Shown: in pieces, positions 58,761 to 64,000 of the stretch | Layout: every line of letters starts with the position of its first letter | How positions within the stretch are numbered: the first letter of the stretch is position 1 | Source: Thermoanaerobaculia bacterium | GTDB lineage: Bacteria; Acidobacteriota; Thermoanaerobaculia; UBA5066 | DNA length: 64,000 nt | Direction: 5' to 3' | Assembly: GCA_963816185.1 (NCBI GenBank) | Contig: CAWFJJ010000024.1 | Coordinates: 544,001 to 608,000, forward strand | Program-made: the position numbers and the translations under genes | Notes under the pieces: model-generated | What the model saw: only the letters and a program-made list of their open reading frames with translations | Databases searched by the model: none | What the model was told of the DNA's origin: nothing

Positions 58761-61520
58761 GTGACGATCGCATCCGGTGTCCGCCTGGGACCGTACGAAG
58801 TACTTGCGCCTCTCGGGGCGGGAGGGATGGGAGAGGTCTACCGGGCGAAAGACCCTCGCCTCAATCGTGATGTCGCGATCAAGGTACTGCCGGGAGATTT
58901 CTTAGAAGGTGAAGAGCGCAAGGCGCGTTTCGAGCGAGAAGCTCGCTTGCTTGCGGCGCTGAATCACCCCGGCATCGCCGCCATCTACTCGTTCGAAGAA
59001 ATCCCCGGTTCTCCTTCTCGCCACATCCTCGTCATGGAGCTCGTCGAGGGCGAGGGTCTCGACCAGAGGATCGGCAGCCCCTCTCTTTCCCTCGAAGAAT
59101 CCCTTTCCATCGCCCGGCAGATCGCCGAGGCTCTGGAGGCGGCGCACGAGAAGGGGATCGTGCACCGGGACCTGAAGCCTGCGAACGTGAAGATCAGTCA
59201 CGACGGGCGGGTGAAGCTGCTGGACTTCGGCCTCGCGAAGATCTTCGAGAGCGAGGCAGGCGGCTCGAACCCGTCGATCTCGTATTCGCCGACGCTGACG
59301 GCGCGCGCCACGGCGGCGGGCGTCATCCTCGGGACGGCGGCGTACATGTCGCCCGAGCAGGCGCGGGGCAAGGCGGTGGACAAGCGGACGGACATCTGGG
59401 CGTTCGGGTGCGTGCTCTACGAGATGCTTGCGGGGAAGAGAGCCTTCGAAGGCGAGACGGTCTCCGACACGCTCGCGTCGATCCTCAGGGGAGAGCCGGA
59501 CTGGGCGGCATTGCCGCCGGGAACACCGGAGAAAGTCAAAGAGATTCTTGGAAAGTGCCTGAGGCGCGAGGCGAAGCAGCGCCTCCACGACATCGCGGAT
59601 GCGCGCCTCGACCTCGAGGAATTGAAGGCAGCCGGCGCGTCGAGATCCTCCGGTCAATTTCCCTTCGAAGAAAAGACCGCGGTGCCGAGCCCAACGGTGG
59701 CAAGCGCAGAAGGGACGAGTCGTGAGCGAGGGAGCAAGAGGTCTCTCTATCTCTCCTGGGCGGTTGCGGCCGCGTTCGCGGCCGCGGCCGGGGTGCTCGC
59801 CCTGCGCGCTCGCGCCCCCGAAGTGCGCGTGTATCGCGCGACGATCAACCCTCCCGAGGGCACGGTCTTCGCCGTCGACACGACACAGCCTGGGCCGGCG
59901 GTTCTCTCGCCTGACGGACGGAAGCTTGCGTTCACGGCTCGCGGAGTCGACGCGAAGGTCAGGTTGTATGTCCAGCCCCTTGACTCCACCGGGGCGCAGC
60001 CCCTGCCGGGGACGGAGAACGCCCAGTACCCGTTCTGGTCTCCAGACAGCCGCTTTCTCGCATTCGGAGCCGATCAGAAGCTCAAGAGGATCGAGGCGTC
60101 CGGCGGACCGCCGTCGATCCTCTGCCCGACGACCGATTTTCCGAAAGGGGGAACGTGGAGCGCTCGAGGCGTGATCGTCTTTGCTCCCGCGGCCGGCGGG
60201 CCGCTCCACGTCGTCTCCGAGAACGGAGGCGAGTCGAAGCCGATCACGAAGCTCGACGAGAAGCGGGGCGAGAATTCCCACAGGCTCCCGTTCTTCCTTC
60301 CGGACGGGCGGCACTTCCTTTACCTCGCCCGCCTCGGGAGCGCGCTCCCGGCTGAGGGGCATCAGATCTTCGTGGGCTCCCTCGACGGCGGCGAATCGAA
60401 GGCTCTCCTCAGTTCGCCGACAGCCGCGGAGTACGCGTCCGGTTATCTCCTCTTCCTGCGCGACCGCGACCTGATGGCGCAGCGCTTCGATCCCAAGAGT
60501 CTCGCTCTTGAGGGGGAGGCGCACCCCGTGGCCGAGAACGTCAGCGTGCTCACCGGCGCCGCCAAAGCGAACTTTTCCGCCTCGCAGGCCGGGGTTCTCG
60601 TGGCCCAGATCGGAGCGGCCGTCGTCCTCGGAGCACAGCTCGAATGGACGGACCGTGCGGGGAAGCTGCTCGGCACGTTGGCGGATCGCGATGCCTACGA
60701 CGAGGTCAGTGTTTCACCGGACGGGCGCAGCGTCGCCGTGTCGCAGATCGATCTGAAGGCGGGCACACACGACATCTGGATCTGCGACGTCGCTCGGAAC
60801 CTGAAGACGCGATTCACGTTCGATCCGGGCGAGGAGCTCACGCCGCGTTGGGCCCCGGGCGGCCGCTCGCTCGTTTACGTAGCCGGCCGCGGCGCGCAGC
60901 AGGGACTTTATCGGAAGGAGATAGGAGGCTCCGGCGTGGAGGAGCTGCTGTACGCGTCGGAAACCGTCAAGGTCCCGAGCGGCTTCTCGCCGGATGGAAA
61001 ACTTCTCGCTTTCAACGAGGTCGGAACCGACACCGGCCTCGACATCTGGATCCTGCCGCTGACGGGGGACCGCAAGCCATATCCGTTTCTCAAGACGAAT
61101 TTCAATGAGTCGAACGCCGTTTTCTCCTCTGACGGAAAGTGGCTTGCCTATAACTCGAACGAATCCGGGCGGGCCGAGGTCTACGTCACTCCGTTTCCGG
61201 GTCCCGGCCGCAAGTGGCAGGTCTCGACGCAGGGAGGGGCGTATCCCGAGTGGCGACAGGGTGGCCGGGAAATCCTCTACCAGGACCTCAAGACCAACGA
61301 GATCATGGCCGTCCCGGTAGCCTTCAAGGGCGACGCCCCGGACTTCGGTGCGGCCCGGGAGCTCTTCACGGCAACGCCGCCGCTGGCCGGGTTCGCGCGA
61401 CGCTACGACGCGACCGCCGACGGGAAGAAGTTCATCATGATCCGCCCGAACCAAACGAGGGAGACGGGATCGCTCACGCTCGTCGTAGGCTGGACGGCGG
61501 AGCTCGAGGGAAAGAAGTGA
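58761..61520 (+). CDS. Ser/Thr receptor kinase with TolB/PD40 beta-propeller
   Basis: GAGGMG, HRDLKPAN, DFG, TM, repeated SPDG motifs. Confidence 0.95.
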   Translation: MTIASGVRLGPYEVLAPLGAGGMGEVYRAKDPRLNRDVAIKVLPGDFLEGEERKARFEREARLLAALNHPGIAAIYSFEEIPGSPSRHILVMELVEGEGLDQRIGSPSLSLEESLSIARQIAEALEAAHEKGIVHRDLKPANVKISHDGRVKLLDFGLAKIFESEAGGSNPSISYSPTLTARATAAGVILGTAAYMSPEQARGKAVDKRTDIWAFGCVLYEMLAGKRAFEGETVSDTLASILRGEPDWAALPPGTPEKVKEILGKCLRREAKQRLHDIADARLDLEELKAAGASRSSGQFPFEEKTAVPSPTVASAEGTSRERGSKRSLYLSWAVAAAFAAAAGVLALRARAPEVRVYRATINPPEGTVFAVDTTQPGPAVLSPDGRKLAFTARGVDAKVRLYVQPLDSTGAQPLPGTENAQYPFWSPDSRFLAFGADQKLKRIEASGGPPSILCPTTDFPKGGTWSARGVIVFAPAAGGPLHVVSENGGESKPITKLDEKRGENSHRLPFFLPDGRHFLYLARLGSALPAEGHQIFVGSLDGGESKALLSSPTAAEYASGYLLFLRDRDLMAQRFDPKSLALEGEAHPVAENVSVLTGAAKANFSASQAGVLVAQIGAAVVLGAQLEWTDRAGKLLGTLADRDAYDEVSVSPDGRSVAVSQIDLKAGTHDIWICDVARNLKTRFTFDPGEELTPRWAPGGRSLVYVAGRGAQQGLYRKEIGGSGVEELLYASETVKVPSGFSPDGKLLAFNEVGTDTGLDIWILPLTGDRKPYPFLKTNFNESNAVFSSDGKWLAYNSNESGRAEVYVTPFPGPGRKWQVSTQGGAYPEWRQGGREILYQDLKTNEIMAVPVAFKGDAPDFGAARELFTATPPLAGFARRYDATADGKKFIMIRPNQTRETGSLTLVVGWTAELEGKK
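58896..58915. repeat. Copy of the rnr AT-rich motif inside the kinase gene
   Basis: GATTTCTTAGAAGGTGAA(GA): 18/18 identical to the reverse complement of 171-188. Confidence 0.8.
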
Positions 61521-61527
61521 GCGAGAC

Positions 61528-64000
61528 GTGACGCTGGCGGCCGGCACGAAGCTCGGGACGTACGAGGTTCTGGCCCCGCTCGGCGCCGGGGGGATGGGAG
61601 AGGTCTACCGGGCGAAGGATCTTCGCCTCGGGCGCGACGTCGCTATCAAGGTCCTGCCGGAAGAATTCTTCGAAGATGAAGAGAGAAGGACCCGCTTCGA
61701 AAGAGAGGCGCGGACGCTTGCGAGTCTGAATCATCCGGGCGTCGCCGCGATCTATTCATTCGAAGAAATCCCTGGTTCCTCTGATTCCCCCGGCTCGCAC
61801 GTCCGCCACATTCTCGTGATGGAGCTCGTGGAGGGCGAGTCGCTACGCCAGCGGATCTCCGAGGGCGCCCTGCCGGTGCGCAAGGCCGTGGACCTCGGAG
61901 CCCAGATCGCGCGCGGCCTCGCGGCCGCCCACGAGAGCGGGATCGTCCATCGGGACCTCAAGCCGGAGAACGTCGTCCTCACGAAGGACGGGCGCGCGAA
62001 GATCCTCGACTTCGGCCTCGCGAAGCAGCGCGCCGCCACGCCTGAAGAGGACACGAAGTCGCCGACGCTCGCGAGAGCGACGGACGCCGGGACTCTCCTC
62101 GGGACCGTCGGGTACATGGCGCCCGAGCAGGTGAGAGGGCAGAGTGCCGACGCGCGGTCCGACATCTTCGCGTTCGGGTGTGTCCTCTTCGAGATGCTGA
62201 CGGGCCGGCGCGCGTTCAGGGGCGACTCCGCGATCGAAACCATGAACGCGATCCTGAAGGAGGAGCCGCCCGAGCCCGACGTTTCGGCGGCGAAGATTCC
62301 TCCCGACCTCGACCGGTTCATCCGGCACTGTCTCGAGAAGAATCCCGCCGAGCGGTTCCAGTCCGCGCGAGACGTCGCGTTCGACCTCGAGGCTCTCGCG
62401 GGGAGCTCGTCGACGGGCCGTGCCACAGCCGTCATGCCGTCCGGCGGCGGCCGTCGCTGGCGCGTCGTCGCGGCCGTGGTCGTCGCAGTCGCCGCGATCG
62501 TCGCGGCGCACGTCGCGGGCTTCCGCCGGGGCAAGAACGCGGCGGCCCCGGTCCCGTCGTTCGCGCAGCTCACGTTCCGGCAGGAACCGATTTTCACCGC
62601 GCGCCTCGCCCCGGACGGCAAGACGGTCGTCTTCAGCTCCGCTCCGTCCGGCAATGCTCCCGAGATCTTCTCGGTCCGCTCCGACTTCGCGGGCGCGAGC
62701 CCTCGCCGCCTCCTCTCCGGCCAGCTCCTCGCGATTTCGTCCCGCGGCGAGTTGGCCGTCCTGAGCCATGCGCGGTACCTCGCCCACAGCCTCTTCGAGG
62801 GCACGCTCGCGCGGATGCCGCTCGAAGGCGGCGCGCCGCGCGAGATCCTCGACGGCGTGCGCGAGGCCGAGTGGTCTCCGGACGGCTCCGATCTCGCGGT
62901 GATCCGCGCCGTGGGCGGGAAGGACCATCTCGAGTTCCCCGTCGGAAAGGTCCTCGCCGAGACGGGCGGGTACTTCAGCAATCCGCGCTTCTCCCCGCGC
63001 GGCGACCGGATCGCGTTCTTCGAGCACCCCTTCAAGTACGACGACCGAGGCGGGATCGCCTCCGTCGACCTCGCGGGCAAGAAGACGGTCCTTTCGGACG
63101 GGTATTGGGGAGAGGAGGGACTCGCGTGGTCGCCCGGCGGAGACGAGGTCATGTTTTCCGCCGGGACCGCGTACAACAACTTCAAGGTGTTCGCGGTCTC
63201 CCTCTCGGGCCGGCGGCGCGTCGCGCTCGAGAGCGCCGGGGGCCTGACGATCCACGACATCCGGGGCGACGGGCGCTGGCTCGCCACGCGGGACGACTTC
63301 TTCCGCGAAATGCCCGTCTTCGTACGCGGGCAGGCGCACGAACGGGACCTCTCCTGGCTCGACCTCTCCGACCCCGTGGCCTTCACGCGGGACGCGGGGA
63401 CTCTTCTCTTCATGGAGGAGAGCGGCAGCGTGGGCGTGAACTACGCCGTGTGCGTTCGCCAGACCGACGGGTCGCCCGTCGTCCGCCTCGGGGAGGGCGC
63501 CGCCGCCGACCTGTCGCCGGACGGCAAGTGGGCGCTCGCGAACGTTCCGACGACGCCGCAGCAGCTCGTTCTGTACCCCACGGGCGCGGGCGAGGCGCGA
63601 CGGCTCGAGCGTGCGGGACTCGTCGCGTTCGACTCCGCGCGGTTCTTCCCGGACGGCAAGCGAATTCTCACCTGCGGTCACGAAGAGGCCAAGGCCGTCC
63701 GCTGCTACGTCCAGGACGTCGCGTCGGGCGGGTCCCGGCCCTTGACGCCGGAGGGAACCACCGACGGATATCCCGCGCCCGACGGCAGGACGGTCGTGGT
63801 GAGGACCCCCGCCGGCGATCTCGCCCTCCATCCCGTAGACGGAGGCGAGGGGCGGCCCGTCACGGGCACGAAGCCCGGCGACACCGTCGTCCGCTGGAGC
63901 ATCGACGGGCGCTCGCTGTTCGTCGTGTCGGGCACGGAGGTCCCGGCGCGCGTCGAGCGCCTCGATCTCGCGACGGGCCGGCGAGAACCGGTTCGCACGC
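61528..64000 (+). CDS. Second Ser/Thr receptor kinase with propeller domain, 3'-truncated (absent from ORF track)
   Basis: Manual translation from GTG 61528: GAGGMG, HRDLKPEN, DFG, TM near 62460, SPDG repeats; no stop seen in the portions checked. Confidence 0.92.
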   Translation, partial: MTLAAGTKLGTYEVLAPLGAGGMGEVYRAKDLRLGRDVAIKVLPEEFFEDEERRTRFEREARTLASLNHPGVAAIYSFEEIPGSSDSPGSHVRHILVMELVEGESLRQRISEGALPVRKAVDLGAQIARGLAAAHESGIVHRDLKPENVVLTKDGRAKILDFGLAKQRAATPEEDTKSPTLARATDAGTLLGTVGYMAPEQVRGQSADARSDIFAFGCVLFEMLTGRRAFRGDSAIETMNAILKEEPPEPDVSAAKIPPDLDRFIRHCLEKNPAERFQSARDVAFDLEALAGSSSTGRATAVMPSGGGRRWRVVAAVVVAVAAIVAAHVAGFRRGKNAAAPVPSFAQLTFRQEPIFTARLAPDGKTVVFSSAPSGNAPEIFSVRSDFAGASPRRLLSGQLLAISSRGELAVLSHARYLAHSLFEGTLARMPLEGGAPREILDGVREAEWSPDGSDLAVIRAVGGKDHLEFPVGKVLAETGGYFSNPRFSPRGDRIAFFEHPFKYDDRGGIASVDLAGKKTVLSDGYWGEEGLAWSPGGDEVMFSAGTAYNNFKVFAVSLSGRRRVALESAGGLTIHDIRGDGRWLATRDDFFREMPVFVRGQAHERDLSWLDLSDPVAFTRDAGTLLFMEESGSVGVNYAVCVRQTDGSPVVRLGEGAAADLSPDGKWALANVPTTPQQLVLYPTGAGEARRLERAGLVAFDSARFFPDGKRILTCGHEEAKAVRCYVQDVASGGSRPLTPEGTTDGYPAPDGRTVVVRTPAGDLALHPVDGGEGRPVTGTKPGDTVVRWSIDGRSLFVVSGTEVPARVERLDLATGRREPVRT

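Overview
High-GC bacterial chromosomal window. The gene content (TolB/PD40-propeller Ser/Thr kinases, ECF-STK pair, class D sortase beside outer-membrane proteins) suggests an Acidobacteriota/Thermoanaerobaculia-like diderm; this is an inference. The left end is housekeeping (rnr, der, MerR, tRNA-Pro(GGG), glgP, acyl-CoA dehydrogenase). About 9-46 kb is an accessory stress/envelope block: cyclic beta-1,2-glucan synthase, sortase plus LPKTA substrate, BON, AI-2E, YXWGXW, DUF3309, ferritin-like protein, cardiolipin synthase. It carries at least 11 correctly spaced sigma-54 (-24/-12) promoters and three copies of a 37-bp two-site enhancer-like element. It also encodes a hybrid kinase, a degenerate ChpT-like kinase, an NtrC-type activator and a stand-alone duplicate of that activator's HTH. 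The right end holds hsp20, a halogenase/radical-SAM/acyltransferase cluster, an FGE-domain protein, an ECF43-like sigma-kinase module and tandem receptor kinases. The two most striking unexplained signals are (i) this self-contained sigma-54 circuit and (ii) an AT-rich 18-20-bp motif, GATTTCTTAGAAGGTGAA, that recurs inside unrelated coding sequences about 59 kb apart and forms an in-frame inverted repeat in rnr. All calls come from reading the sequence and the ORF track; no database searches were run.
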